From positions 3,344 through 67,343 of the forward strand of contig CAMAVK010000003.1 in the NCBI GenBank assembly GCA_945861715.1: a stretch of 64,000 nucleotides of DNA. Reading direction: 5' to 3'. Below, piece by piece: positions 18,214-29,184 of the stretch (position 1 is the stretch's first letter; each line of letters starts with the position of its first letter). The position numbers were made by a program, and so were the translations under genes. The stretch is from Candidatus Woesearchaeota archaeon. GTDB taxonomy: Archaea; Nanobdellota; Nanobdellia; Woesearchaeales; GW2011-AR9. Below the pieces are notes generated by a model. That model was not told where the DNA came from. It ran no database searches and saw only the letters and a list, made by a program, of their open reading frames with translations.

Positions 18214-19047
18214 ATGTCTCAAAATTCAGATCTAGATACTGCTATATTTCTTGCTCGTGGAGCGTCTGCCATCCTTATGGGGCACTACAAACCTAATATT
18301 GCAACCGAACGTAAAGCTGATAATAGTATCGTCACTGCTGCAGATAAGGAAGCGAACCGCTATATTGTCAGTCAGCTTCATAGACGATATCCATTGGACT
18401 CAATTGTCAGCGAAGAAGATGGGGGACGCCATATTATTGGTTCCTCAGATAGCACATGGTTTGTGGACCCATGTGATGGGACAAGTAGATTCACACAACA
18501 TAACGATGAATTTGCAGTCCATATTGGTAAAACCATCCTAGGTCAACCCACTTTGGGTGTAGTGCATAAACCAGTCGGTGGAAAAACCTATTATGGCTCA
18601 GCAGAAAAAGGAGCATTTGTTATCTATGGTAAAGACACATATCCAATAAGTGTCATCGGGAAAAAACAGAATGTCATGTCATGTCACTCCAAATTAACTT
18701 TAAGTATAAAAGGTCAAGAACTACTTGAGCGACTCAAAATCGAAGATGTCGAAATAACTGGAAGTGAAGGATTACGAATTATGCGATTTGCAACAGGTCA
18801 AGCATCTCTCTATTTGGGTAATATCACCAGACGAGCATCTACATGGGATCTATGCGCACCACACGCCATTGCCATCGCGGCTGGCGGGATCGTAGAATAT
18901 GTAGACGGTACACCAATCATCTACAGCAACACAAACAAACTTAATGGCATGTATTGCATGGCAACAAACCTCGTAGATTTAACTAAAATTCAAACCGAAA
19001 TAGAACGAGTTAATACATTATACCCACAGGAGACTTGGGTTAAATAA
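18214..19047 (+). CDS. inositol monophosphatase / CysQ family phosphatase
   Basis: VTAAD, VSEE, WFVDPCDGT, WDLCA. Confidence 0.9.
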   Translation: MSQNSDLDTAIFLARGASAILMGHYKPNIATERKADNSIVTAADKEANRYIVSQLHRRYPLDSIVSEEDGGRHIIGSSDSTWFVDPCDGTSRFTQHNDEFAVHIGKTILGQPTLGVVHKPVGGKTYYGSAEKGAFVIYGKDTYPISVIGKKQNVMSCHSKLTLSIKGQELLERLKIEDVEITGSEGLRIMRFATGQASLYLGNITRRASTWDLCAPHAIAIAAGGIVEYVDGTPIIYSNTNKLNGMYCMATNLVDLTKIQTEIERVNTLYPQETWVK

Positions 19048-19121
19048 AAATCTATCTAACATTTTTTCCTTCCATCTTTTTCTCCACGCTGTGGATGTTT
19101 TCTATATCTCTCAAATCACAT

Positions 19122-22100
19122 TCAAGGTGTATACATAATAGCATACAAGAAGATAAGCACAGCGATAACAAACACCAGTACATACAATAAATTTTGTTGT
19201 GTCTTGGCTCGTGATGACGCCACGTGTGTATCATCCGTCAAGTTCAATGATGATAGAGTAGTAGGTGAAGTAGCATTATCTCCTACTATGGGAGCAGCAA
19301 GAACTGGTGCAGGCATTTCTTGTTGAATAGCAACTGGTGTAGAAGTAGCACAAGGAGCGCACGAACCACCACAATCAGATCCAACCTCATCACCGTTTAA
19401 CACTGTATCTGAACACGTCTGCACTGCAACTAAAAGCGTTGTCAAGTTCTCATTTTTAAAAGTATCAGCAACAGCAAAAGAAAATTCATGATTTCCTGCC
19501 GTCATGCGCGGAAGGGTGGCGCTACAAGTCCACAACCCCACGGTTTTCTCGCAAGTAGACGCAAATGCAGTATTATCCACTCGAACCTCTTCTGCTGCAA
19601 TATCGCTACTGTCGGTTATTTCAAATTCTATTTGTGTATCACGAGCAGTATGCAGCGGATTCGCAATACCAGAAAGCAGCACAACCGGAGCACGTATATC
19701 TCTCACCTGAATGGTCCGTGACACATTGCCTGCTACTCCGCTTCCATTAATAACCATAATCAATGTGTAATTTCCAACGGCTGTATATATCTTCTCAGCG
19801 TGCATAATAGATGTATTACTCGTGTTCTCAACTGACGAATTATCTCCCCAATCAATTACATAGGAATAGATCGAAGACGTATTGACAATAGCATCAACCC
19901 CAACAACTTCACCAATTCCAAACGTTGCATTCTCAATTGGATTAATCATCGAAATCATTGACTCTGCCTGATCAACAGTATAACTCCCAATAGTGACATT
20001 CGTATTCCTTGATTTGTCTTGGGCATAAACGGTAAAATTATGTGTTCCTGGCACAGAATAAAAAGAGAATACATATTGATGCGGTCCTATTAAACTCATA
20101 GAAAAGTTTACGGGTCCAGAAATTGTGCTCAGCTTCTCAACCACAACTGAGTCCAAGTAGAGGTCACTCGCATTAACATGAATCGACACGTTACTTGAAT
20201 TCACCACCATAGAAACCACCATGAGCTGCGGAGCAGTGCTATCAATCACTATTTTTCTATGTTCCAACTTCATCAATTCAGAATCTTCCAAGGAATTCAA
20301 CATTGAGTAATTTCCTTCCATAAAACCTCGTACAGAAACTATCGATGAAAATGTAATATTTTGTGTATCATTCCCCAACATAGAATAGAGTCGGCTAACA
20401 TTACCCCCCACAACGACACTTCCATTCGCAACAGAACCATTCACCAAAGATAAATTATGCCGTGACCCATTAACCAGCGGTCCAATTAAACTAATATTGA
20501 CCCTGGTTTGGTTATGCATCGAAGCCATTCCAGAAAGATTAATCTCGGAACGAACAAATGTATTATTCACCGGAGTTACCACGGTTAGACCAAGCGAGGC
20601 CGACTCTGAAACAATCGAATAATTCTTACTCGCAAAAAGATTCCCCGCTACATCGCGATATTGGACACTGTACCAAAAAATTCCTTGACTTTCAAGAGGT
20701 ATAGAAAATTTTATCGCCGTATTGTTACCAGATGATGTATTGAATATACTGCTCACATTAGCTCCAGCCAACACAACGCTAACGTTCATTATTGGTTCAG
20801 ATGAGTTCACATTAATTGAAACATTCTCACCGGTAATACCAATGGACATATTTGTCACTACTACTATTGGAACAGTTGCGCTATACGCATCTAATAATGT
20901 ATAATTTTTGAGTGATGCTGTATCATACATCTTAAGCGGTGTACCGGCCAGTCGAGATTCTATTTCCTGCGGCGTCAATATCCGACCATACACGCCTCGA
21001 GAATATTGCTGCATAAGAGCAATAGTACCCGCTGCATGTGGTGTAGCCATTGATGTACCCGACCACGTAGCCCAAGAATTACCAGGCACAGAAGAACGAA
21101 CATTCACACCCGGCGCAATAATTTGCAGCACACCACCTCTATTAAAAACAATCCCTGAGGACATCGTCTCCCCACCAATAGGGATAGCGTTTTGTATACA
21201 ACTCGGGTTTGATATTCCATCAGACCAACCACTGTTACCAGACGCAATCACAACAGAAATATTCTTGGCTGTTGAGCGGTTAATCACATCTGAGAGTAAG
21301 TCATTATCACAATACCCTCCATAATGTGGACATCCTGCTCCATCACATCCAAGACTCATCGAAATAACTGAAATATTAAGTGCAGCTGCATTTTGATTAC
21401 ACCACTCTAATGCTGATAACACATCACTTGAGTATCCACTTCCCGTAGCACTCAGTGCTTTAAGTGCAACAATATGAGCGCCCGGTGCTACACCGCGATA
21501 CGTATCGTTTTGACTTGCAATAATTCCTGCAACATGTGTACCATGTCCATGATCATCCATTGGGTCAGAGTCACCATTATATGTATCATAACCCCCAACT
21601 ACAACCGGACAATTTTCCCAATGCATCGTTGAGTTTGTTGTGCCATTAATCACAGAATCAACAACAAAACCAAACGAATTCAAACTACTATCACTAGTCA
21701 AGCGGACATACAACGTATCCCCTAATGCATGTTCTGTCCAAACATCACGCAATTCACCCTTGTATACCCCAATAGTATTATTATTCGAGTCATAAACATA
21801 CACTCTATCTGTTGTATCCCCGCTTGTTTGCGACTCTAAACTAATATTTCTAAAATGAAGCGCGATAGAAGAATACCCTTCTTTTTGAATTTTCCAAGTG
21901 TAATCAAACGAATTCGCATACGGATGTACTGATTCAACAAGAGATATGTTTTCAATCAATCCACTTGTATTATAAGATACTATGTCACAATCACCAAGCG
22001 CACGGTGAGAGTAATCTACTCCGGTATCAATAACACACACACTATTGCCAAAGCCAGTAATGTTCCTATTCTCAGATCCATTACCAAATAACAACGGGGA

Positions 22101-22667
22101 ACTCAAATTCCATACTTTATTTGCTTTCATCAGTGGTACACTATCATCCAGAGATAATTGCACAGGATAATCCAATAAAATCCTTGTGACTTTCTTATTA
22201 TTTGCAAGTGCCAATAGTGCTTCAGGACTCTGCACCTCCATTGATAGCGCGCTCACCGTATCAAACGCATGGGTCACACGAATATCATTAATTTCCCCAG
22301 CAGTCCCCCTTTCACCAACCGCAGAGTTATCAGCTGCAACAACAATAGACGTTTGTGCATCTCCATCAACTCCAACATCCAAAGAACTATCCAAATTAGT
22401 TATAACACTTTGTTCAGTTGCACCAATAGTCATCCCGGAAGAATCTAATACCACAATCACTCGAGGACTCATATCTCCTGCTTGAATTGCCTGCACCAAA
22501 GAAGAATCTAATTTTTCAGTACTCACTTTAATCCCAGAATCAAGTACTACAAACCCCGTAAGTGAAGATGAAGAGGATGATTGCCAAGGCGCATCGCCAA
22601 TAAAAGCATAGAGAAATACGACTGCAATCAATACAAACAGTCCACCCGCCACCAATTTTCGTTTCAT
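19122..22667 (-). CDS. surface-anchored subtilisin-like S8 protease with CUB-like insert, Ig/PKD-like domains and C-terminal TM
   Basis: VIDTG, HGHGTHVAG, SGTSMATPH; CSDTVLNGDEVGSDCGGSC motif; start placed at ATG 22667. Confidence 0.9.
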   Translation of the reverse strand: MKRKLVAGGLFVLIAVVFLYAFIGDAPWQSSSSSSLTGFVVLDSGIKVSTEKLDSSLVQAIQAGDMSPRVIVVLDSSGMTIGATEQSVITNLDSSLDVGVDGDAQTSIVVAADNSAVGERGTAGEINDIRVTHAFDTVSALSMEVQSPEALLALANNKKVTRILLDYPVQLSLDDSVPLMKANKVWNLSSPLLFGNGSENRNITGFGNSVCVIDTGVDYSHRALGDCDIVSYNTSGLIENISLVESVHPYANSFDYTWKIQKEGYSSIALHFRNISLESQTSGDTTDRVYVYDSNNNTIGVYKGELRDVWTEHALGDTLYVRLTSDSSLNSFGFVVDSVINGTTNSTMHWENCPVVVGGYDTYNGDSDPMDDHGHGTHVAGIIASQNDTYRGVAPGAHIVALKALSATGSGYSSDVLSALEWCNQNAAALNISVISMSLGCDGAGCPHYGGYCDNDLLSDVINRSTAKNISVVIASGNSGWSDGISNPSCIQNAIPIGGETMSSGIVFNRGGVLQIIAPGVNVRSSVPGNSWATWSGTSMATPHAAGTIALMQQYSRGVYGRILTPQEIESRLAGTPLKMYDTASLKNYTLLDAYSATVPIVVVTNMSIGITGENVSINVNSSEPIMNVSVVLAGANVSSIFNTSSGNNTAIKFSIPLESQGIFWYSVQYRDVAGNLFASKNYSIVSESASLGLTVVTPVNNTFVRSEINLSGMASMHNQTRVNISLIGPLVNGSRHNLSLVNGSVANGSVVVGGNVSRLYSMLGNDTQNITFSSIVSVRGFMEGNYSMLNSLEDSELMKLEHRKIVIDSTAPQLMVVSMVVNSSNVSIHVNASDLYLDSVVVEKLSTISGPVNFSMSLIGPHQYVFSFYSVPGTHNFTVYAQDKSRNTNVTIGSYTVDQAESMISMINPIENATFGIGEVVGVDAIVNTSSIYSYVIDWGDNSSVENTSNTSIMHAEKIYTAVGNYTLIMVINGSGVAGNVSRTIQVRDIRAPVVLLSGIANPLHTARDTQIEFEITDSSDIAAEEVRVDNTAFASTCEKTVGLWTCSATLPRMTAGNHEFSFAVADTFKNENLTTLLVAVQTCSDTVLNGDEVGSDCGGSCAPCATSTPVAIQQEMPAPVLAAPIVGDNATSPTTLSSLNLTDDTHVASSRAKTQQNLLYVLVFVIAVLIFLYAIMYTP

Positions 22668-22770
22668 TCTGGATTCAATCTCCTTCTCAAGAGCACTATC
22701 ATCAATTAACACTAGCATAACAAATCAGCAAACGCATGATGAATCATTTTAATCAAGCAAAGGTACCTTC

Positions 22771-25700
22771 TCATTTTTTCCTTATTAAACTTTCCTTGGA
22801 CCTTCGCAATCGTCCCCGAACAAATAACCCACCAGCAAATCCAATAATAATTCCTGTCGTAATGAGCACCCACATATTCACGCGACCAAATTTGACAATT
22901 CCATCCCATGCAGCGTATCCAAGTAGTCCCTTAGTTTGCGTCGCGGATTCTATTGGTTCAACCCCGCCTCTTTCTTGGCTTAATACCGAATTTCCACTAG
23001 TTTGTGTTTGAACTGCATCTCCCGTATTTTGTTTTTCAACAATTGGGCTTGACACAACTGCGGCTCCGGTAATTTGTGCAGGTTCCACCGCAGGTTTTTG
23101 TGGAGCAGCAGGTAAAAGTTGATCCTCAATGGTTGCTAAAGCAGTAATCTCAACTGGAGCAACAACTTTCTTAGATGATCCTCCCCCACCACCTCCTCCG
23201 CCTCCTCCCCCTCCTCCTGAGCTCGATGACGACGAAGAACCACCACTAGAACATACGGTAGAACAAGACCCACTACAATCCACTCCGCCCTCATCTCCAT
23301 TTTGCGTAGAGTCAGAGCACGATTGTCCATTAATCGAGATTCCTTTAACCAATACATTTCCAACGCTAGAATTATCCAGCGATGTAATACTTACATTTGA
23401 TGTTCCAAGCACAATGCCAGAAATATTATATGAACAATTCCACGCTGTCGTATTAGCAGTAGTACAGCTCCCGCTTCCGTTAAGTGAGTTGTAACTTACA
23501 TTAACTTCTCGAATTCCACGTAAATCGCTCACAGTGAAGTTCAACAATATAGTGGCATCACGTTGTATGTGAACAGATGAGTTATAACTCAAAGAGCTGA
23601 CATTTGGTGGAATCGAATCAGTATAATTCAATCGCGCTTCCGAACTCGTATTTCCAGCATTTTGAATTGCTAAAAAAGTAACATTATACATCCCTTCAGA
23701 ACCAGGCAAATAGTTTCCATTGGACCCATTTATCACATTTGTTCCATTCACAAACCATCGCAGATTCGATGTAGTAATAGTCGGATTCGGAATCAAAGCA
23801 TTAAATAATACCGAGTCACCAAATTCATAGTGGCTAGAATTAATCGGTGACGTAATACGAGTCTCATTACCTAAGTCCACCGTAATGTTATACGCCAAAT
23901 CTGTACCATCACTCGCAAGAGTACTCGTTTGCATTAACAGCCAAACCAAAGAAAAACCAGGATTATAAGAAAATGATTCTGAGGAAGATACTGCTCCATC
24001 CTGTCGAGCAAGCTCCCCTCCCGTTGAATTATACAATAAAATATCCAAATCATTTCCAGAATTTAACCAACTCACATTAATAGACATATTTTGATTTGAC
24101 AAATTAAATGGATACCAAATTTTATCGCCACATTGTGTTCCAGAGCATGATGAAATTCTCTTCCTATCTACGGTACTATTCCAAGATGTATCCTCAACAA
24201 CCATGCGTGAGATAACAATTGGGAAATGATATTGCCCTGAGACATTAGATGTAATATTTAAAATCCCCCCATACACCCCTGGAGTTATGGAAGAATTAAG
24301 TGTAACACTTAACGGTACAGTTAGTGTACTAAACGCATCCAACGCAACCGATGAGTTTATACTTGTTACATTACCTAACATTGTTCTATCCCCTTCAGCA
24401 TCAACAAGGTTTCCCATCGATATATTCAACAACACGGACTGATTTAACCTATTTTTGAGAATCAATGATCCTCCAACTGCAACTGACGAATAAATCAACT
24501 CAAAACGATCATTACCTTCAGCAGTTGAAATACGAAGTGAATCAGCAAGCGCGGCACTGACATTAATAATTCCTGTTCCCTGAGAAAACGCAGACACCCC
24601 ATTCATCATCCATGCAGTATGCATAAGCAATCCTCGCACCTCAGTTGATGTAAGCGTACTATTTTTTCCAAGAAGTAATGCAGCAGCCCCAGAAACATGG
24701 GGGGTTGACATTGAAGTACCGCTCAATAATGCCGTTACATTATTCAAATAAGTGGAATTGATATTAACTCCTGGAGCAACCACTTCAGGGTCAAACCGTC
24801 CAAACGCACTAGGCCCAGAACAGCTCGAAGAATAAATAGTATCATCAGTAATAGAATCAGTACTTTGATCATTCGAGTTTCCTACTGTAATAACAGATGC
24901 AGCATCACCTGGCGTGCTCACACAACCCGAACTTGGTCCGTTGTTACCTGCTGCAACCACAACCACTCGATTAGCCGCAACCGCTTCAACACCAAGTGAT
25001 AATGCAGAAAGTCCATTATTTGGCGTTGCTTCTCCTCCAATAGAAATGGATACCACCTTAGCATCTGTACCGGTAACGTTGTTCAGTGCATTTAATATTG
25101 CGCTTGTCGGGCATGATCCTCCTGATGAGCAAACCTTATACGCAAGAAACTGAACATGAGGTGCAACTCCCACTACAGACCCATTTGCTCCAATAATACC
25201 TGCAACATGTGTACCATGACCATGATCATCCATCGGATTGGTATCTCCATTATAATAATCATGGCCACCACTTGTACGACAAGAGGAATTAATTGTTGCA
25301 CATCCACCAAGGGCAGGGTGACGATAATCAATACCTGTATCAAGCACTGCAACCAACACATCTTCACCTGTTGCATTGTAATCCGCTCGTGCAGCAACCG
25401 CACCTATGGTAACCGTGCTTGTAGAGAGCATAATCTGTGTATCTACAACCGGAACCAAATCCACCGGCGGTTGTTCTATAACAGCTACAACAGCACTTGC
25501 ATTAGCTAAAGACGTATTCAACCTCACCACAATAGGAGTAACTAATAACTCTTCATCCGAGATATGATAGATCTTATCCTCAAAAATACCAACCACATCA
25601 TTCCTCTGTTTCAACTCTTCTAACGCGTTCTGTGTGATTATAACTTTTACAGCCTGAAGAGAGTGATACGATTCTTCAATAATAGGATCATGCCGAGATG

Positions 25701-25956
25701 CAAGATTCAAAGAAACATCCTCAATAATTTCTAAAGAATTCCCCGTTGTAAAGACAATCGCTTCAACCCTACCTCCCTGTTCTAATTGTTCTAAAATTGC
25801 CCCATCAACGAAAACGGAGGAATGAGCAGGAATAGTCCCACCATCGTCTGTTGTACTTTTAACATTTGTCTCTACACTTTCAGAACCAAATGAAAGAACA
25901 CAAAAAGATAACAATACTCCTAACCATAAGAAAACAAAAATCTTCTCTTTTATCAT
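22771..25956 (-). CDS. surface-anchored subtilisin-like S8 protease with PPC-like domain, Gly/Ser linker and C-terminal TM
   Basis: VLDTG, HGHGTHVAG, AAGN, SGTSMSTPH; signal peptide; NGDEGGVDCSGSC motif. Confidence 0.92.
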   Translation of the reverse strand: MIKEKIFVFLWLGVLLSFCVLSFGSESVETNVKSTTDDGGTIPAHSSVFVDGAILEQLEQGGRVEAIVFTTGNSLEIIEDVSLNLASRHDPIIEESYHSLQAVKVIITQNALEELKQRNDVVGIFEDKIYHISDEELLVTPIVVRLNTSLANASAVVAVIEQPPVDLVPVVDTQIMLSTSTVTIGAVAARADYNATGEDVLVAVLDTGIDYRHPALGGCATINSSCRTSGGHDYYNGDTNPMDDHGHGTHVAGIIGANGSVVGVAPHVQFLAYKVCSSGGSCPTSAILNALNNVTGTDAKVVSISIGGEATPNNGLSALSLGVEAVAANRVVVVAAGNNGPSSGCVSTPGDAASVITVGNSNDQSTDSITDDTIYSSSCSGPSAFGRFDPEVVAPGVNINSTYLNNVTALLSGTSMSTPHVSGAAALLLGKNSTLTSTEVRGLLMHTAWMMNGVSAFSQGTGIINVSAALADSLRISTAEGNDRFELIYSSVAVGGSLILKNRLNQSVLLNISMGNLVDAEGDRTMLGNVTSINSSVALDAFSTLTVPLSVTLNSSITPGVYGGILNITSNVSGQYHFPIVISRMVVEDTSWNSTVDRKRISSCSGTQCGDKIWYPFNLSNQNMSINVSWLNSGNDLDILLYNSTGGELARQDGAVSSSESFSYNPGFSLVWLLMQTSTLASDGTDLAYNITVDLGNETRITSPINSSHYEFGDSVLFNALIPNPTITTSNLRWFVNGTNVINGSNGNYLPGSEGMYNVTFLAIQNAGNTSSEARLNYTDSIPPNVSSLSYNSSVHIQRDATILLNFTVSDLRGIREVNVSYNSLNGSGSCTTANTTAWNCSYNISGIVLGTSNVSITSLDNSSVGNVLVKGISINGQSCSDSTQNGDEGGVDCSGSCSTVCSSGGSSSSSSSGGGGGGGGGGGGGSSKKVVAPVEITALATIEDQLLPAAPQKPAVEPAQITGAAVVSSPIVEKQNTGDAVQTQTSGNSVLSQERGGVEPIESATQTKGLLGYAAWDGIVKFGRVNMWVLITTGIIIGFAGGLFVRGRLRRSKESLIRKK

Positions 25957-26176
25957 ATAGACCCTACACCCATTCCTTTAATAAATGTATGGGGATAGCG
26001 AGCCTAATTATGTCGCTTTGGGCAAATCCATCTCTAAATAACTCAGCCTAATAACTCCATTATCACCATCCCAACATACCGATAGCCTTTTATATGTTAA
26101 AATAATCATATCCTATTACTACGATTAAATGCAATCAAGAAATGATTGCATCGAATTCGATTAACGGAGGGATACA

Positions 26177-26392
26177 ATGATGTGTAAGCAATGTTTTGGA
26201 TTTAAAGGATTTTTAACTGGTGGACTACTTTTAGTTAATGCATTCTTGTGGCCATTATGGACCGGAATAGATGGTTGGTTTGCATGGATTGGAGTTATTA
26301 TGATCATTGGTGCAGCAATTCGCATGATTATGCCAGAATGTGATGGATGCAATCTAGGAAAATGCGCACCGGCAAAGAAATCAAAAAAGTAA
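26177..26392 (+). CDS. small 2-TM membrane protein with terminal CxxC motifs
   Basis: GGAGG SD; CKQC...two hydrophobic helices...CDGC. Confidence 0.7.
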   Translation: MMCKQCFGFKGFLTGGLLLVNAFLWPLWTGIDGWFAWIGVIMIIGAAIRMIMPECDGCNLGKCAPAKKSKK

Positions 26393-26604
26393 TTTTTTGC
26401 AATATTTTTTTAATTATTTTATTTTTCTTTGAATTCCATCTTTTAGTCACACATTTTTAATTATATTTTTTTAATCACATATTATAAATTTCTTATTATA
26501 CTGCAATCAATATTTTTCACACATAACACGAGCGAAATACGTAAACAACGATAATTCTCAAATCAAGGAGTACTTTTAAATAATAACACCATGGTCACAT
26601 ACAA

Positions 26605-27882
26605 ATGTATCACCCAACTTCCCCTGAAGAACTTATCATCTTTAACGAAAGTAGAACCAAAGTAGGTAGCGGCGGCATGGGAGATGTGTACAGAGTTCAA
26701 AGAAGTTCATCCGTTATCACCGAAAAATTCAAACATTTAGGAAAAATACGCCTTCTCTCTAAGTATCACATACCAGCTAACACAAATCACCCCTCCCTTA
26801 CTCCCTGTGACATCCAGTATCAATCCTTGCGAAAATTTGATATTAGACCATGCCACTCACCTAAACCCATTTCCCTCGAAATACCAATTCATCCCGGAAC
26901 AAAACAATTTTTCTCCAATCTTCAACGTTTTTGGTACGAAGTATATTGCATGAAAGAAATCACTCTCGCGCAACGCATGGAAGTGCCAGGTGCACAATAC
27001 TTCAATCCAATCCATGAGCATACCTATGGTTTTGATTGTAACGGTAATTTGTTTGGTATCATCCGCGCACCCCTCATACAAAATGAACACCATGAAGTGC
27101 AGTCGTGTGCATCCTTTGCAAGAAAGTTTCAACCACATCTCATGGCACATATTGCATTGCAAACTCTTACTGCATTAAATGTGACAAGAGATTTAGAAAT
27201 AATTTTACGAGATCTCAAACCAGAGCATATCCTCATTGACGGTGACCAAATTAAAATAATTGACTTAGGTTTAGCAAGAACCATGCGAGGAAAAGTTACA
27301 TTTGATTCACTTTTCATTCCAAGTTATCCAAACCCCAAAAAAAGTCCGGAACTAATTCATCATTCCAAATTAATTCTTCCAAAAGGTGTTCAAGATTTCA
27401 TGACTGACTTCCCAGATGAAATAACCCTCGGCGGAACAATTCATTACATGCCCATCTCCGCATTAAAAGGACATATTAATCAAGAGGTTGATACTTGGGC
27501 TTGGCTTGTGAGTATGTACGAAACAGCAAGCGGAGTGTATCCCTTTCCCAAAATAATTGAAATGTGTAACCAAGCAGGAGCCTCAATTGAAATGCAAATG
27601 CTAACCGCTTCCCTCGTTCTCTCAAAGATAGATCAAAATGAATTAGAAATTCAATTTAGGCAGGCAAACCCCCTTGTACCTGCTTCTTTTTATCATCCGT
27701 TGTGTGCCGCCTTAAAAAATCCGTCTCCAACAAATCTAACCACCTTCACCAACTTACTGCAGGATTTAGCAAATGAAAGAACCCCAGATGTAACCATTGC
27801 TCGAACAACGACATCATCAAGTTCCGATACCTCTACTATGTCCATCATTGATGTTACTAAACTGGTCAGATTGCACAATTAA
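26605..27882 (+). CDS. Hanks-type Ser/Thr protein kinase-like protein
   Basis: GSGGMGDVY, RDLKPEH, DLGLA, GTIHYM, DTWAW. Confidence 0.85.
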   Translation: MYHPTSPEELIIFNESRTKVGSGGMGDVYRVQRSSSVITEKFKHLGKIRLLSKYHIPANTNHPSLTPCDIQYQSLRKFDIRPCHSPKPISLEIPIHPGTKQFFSNLQRFWYEVYCMKEITLAQRMEVPGAQYFNPIHEHTYGFDCNGNLFGIIRAPLIQNEHHEVQSCASFARKFQPHLMAHIALQTLTALNVTRDLEIILRDLKPEHILIDGDQIKIIDLGLARTMRGKVTFDSLFIPSYPNPKKSPELIHHSKLILPKGVQDFMTDFPDEITLGGTIHYMPISALKGHINQEVDTWAWLVSMYETASGVYPFPKIIEMCNQAGASIEMQMLTASLVLSKIDQNELEIQFRQANPLVPASFYHPLCAALKNPSPTNLTTFTNLLQDLANERTPDVTIARTTTSSSSDTSTMSIIDVTKLVRLHN

Positions 27883-27926
27883 AATCCTCATAGCAAACCC
27901 AATATCACATCAATAGTGTTTTATGT

Positions 27927-29015
27927 TTAATGATATTTTTTCTTCAACTCATCAATATTCTCACAACCTTCTTCCTGAAGTATCGCTACAACTTCCTTAT
28001 TAATTTTTGACACAACACCGGGACCTTCAAAAATAAGTGCAGTTACTATTTGCACAAGCGATGCTCCGGCTTTTATTTTCTCAACAGCATCCTTACCATT
28101 AAAGACGCCCCCACACCCTATAATAATCTTCGACGTGCGTGCATGAAGAAACCGAATTGCATCAAGACTTCGCTTCTGAGTTGGTAGTCCACTTAATCCC
28201 CCTTTCAAAGAAAGAGAATTCAATTCCTCCACACTTCGATGTAGCCCTTCCCGATGTGTTGTCAAATTACTAACTATGAACCCAGTCACCCATGTATATG
28301 ATTCAGCAATCGCAATAATCTCTTCTATCTCTTTCTCTGAAAAATCTGGTTTCAACTTCAAAAAAACAGGCTTGGAATGTTTCTCCAAATTCAATGCCTC
28401 AAGTAACTTACGCAAATTATGCGGATGACCAAACGTTTGACCATCATTAATATTGGGACAACTCACATTGATTGTGGTATACATCCCCAGCGGGTGCATA
28501 TGACGATATGCTTTCACATAGTCTCGGATACCCGCTTCCGTCTCCAACAAATTTTTATCATTGGTTTTAGCAACACTAATACCAATTGGAATTCGAAATA
28601 CAGTCCCCCGCAATCGAGAAGAAATAACCTCACACCCATCGTTCATAAGACCATAATTCACAATAATTGATTTATCTTCAGGAAGTCGAAACAATCGCGG
28701 TTTTGGATTTCCTGCACACTTCTCTGCTGTAATCGATCCAAGCTCAGCAAACCCAAACCCAACATCCGGCAAGATATCATATAACTGTGCATTCTTATCG
28801 AACCCTGCACCGAGTCCAATGGGATTTAGAAATTCAATACCTGCAACAACACTTCGCAAACTGGGATGCTCAAAATGGTACAATGAATGAATTGCTGAAC
28901 GTGATATTCTATTTTTTCCGAGTGATTTCCCAAGTGACGTAACTCGCTCATGAACAGTCTCAGGATCCATTTTGAAAAAAACCGGCTTCAATACGCTGCG
29001 ATATAAAGATCCCAT
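27927..29015 (-). CDS. pyrD: quinone-dependent dihydroorotate dehydrogenase (class 2)
   Basis: DPETVHE membrane N-terminus, GLGAGFDKN, GNPKPRLFRL, INVSCPN, GGLSG. Confidence 0.92.
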   Translation of the reverse strand: MGSLYRSVLKPVFFKMDPETVHERVTSLGKSLGKNRISRSAIHSLYHFEHPSLRSVVAGIEFLNPIGLGAGFDKNAQLYDILPDVGFGFAELGSITAEKCAGNPKPRLFRLPEDKSIIVNYGLMNDGCEVISSRLRGTVFRIPIGISVAKTNDKNLLETEAGIRDYVKAYRHMHPLGMYTTINVSCPNINDGQTFGHPHNLRKLLEALNLEKHSKPVFLKLKPDFSEKEIEEIIAIAESYTWVTGFIVSNLTTHREGLHRSVEELNSLSLKGGLSGLPTQKRSLDAIRFLHARTSKIIIGCGGVFNGKDAVEKIKAGASLVQIVTALIFEGPGVVSKINKEVVAILQEEGCENIDELKKKYH

Positions 29016-29184
29016 TTTTTATAACTCATCTCTTTCAACATTTGAAACTATATAGATTCTCCTTGTGTTTGTGTCTCTATCTACTTAAACAAACTTCCAA
29101 AACTATTATCCTACTTAAACCCCCCTATATCAAATGGCACACTCTCTCCTCACAATCCCTCTCTCATCACTATCCAACAAAGCC

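Noticed and set aside
23129..23494. poly-Pro ORF on the plus strand
   Set aside because: Antisense shadow of the Gly/Ser linker of the subtilase.
26124..26161. hairpin ATGCAATCA/TGATTGCAT and palindrome ATCGAATTCGAT upstream of the small membrane gene
   Set aside because: Single short instance; could be an operator or leader hairpin but there is no supporting evidence.
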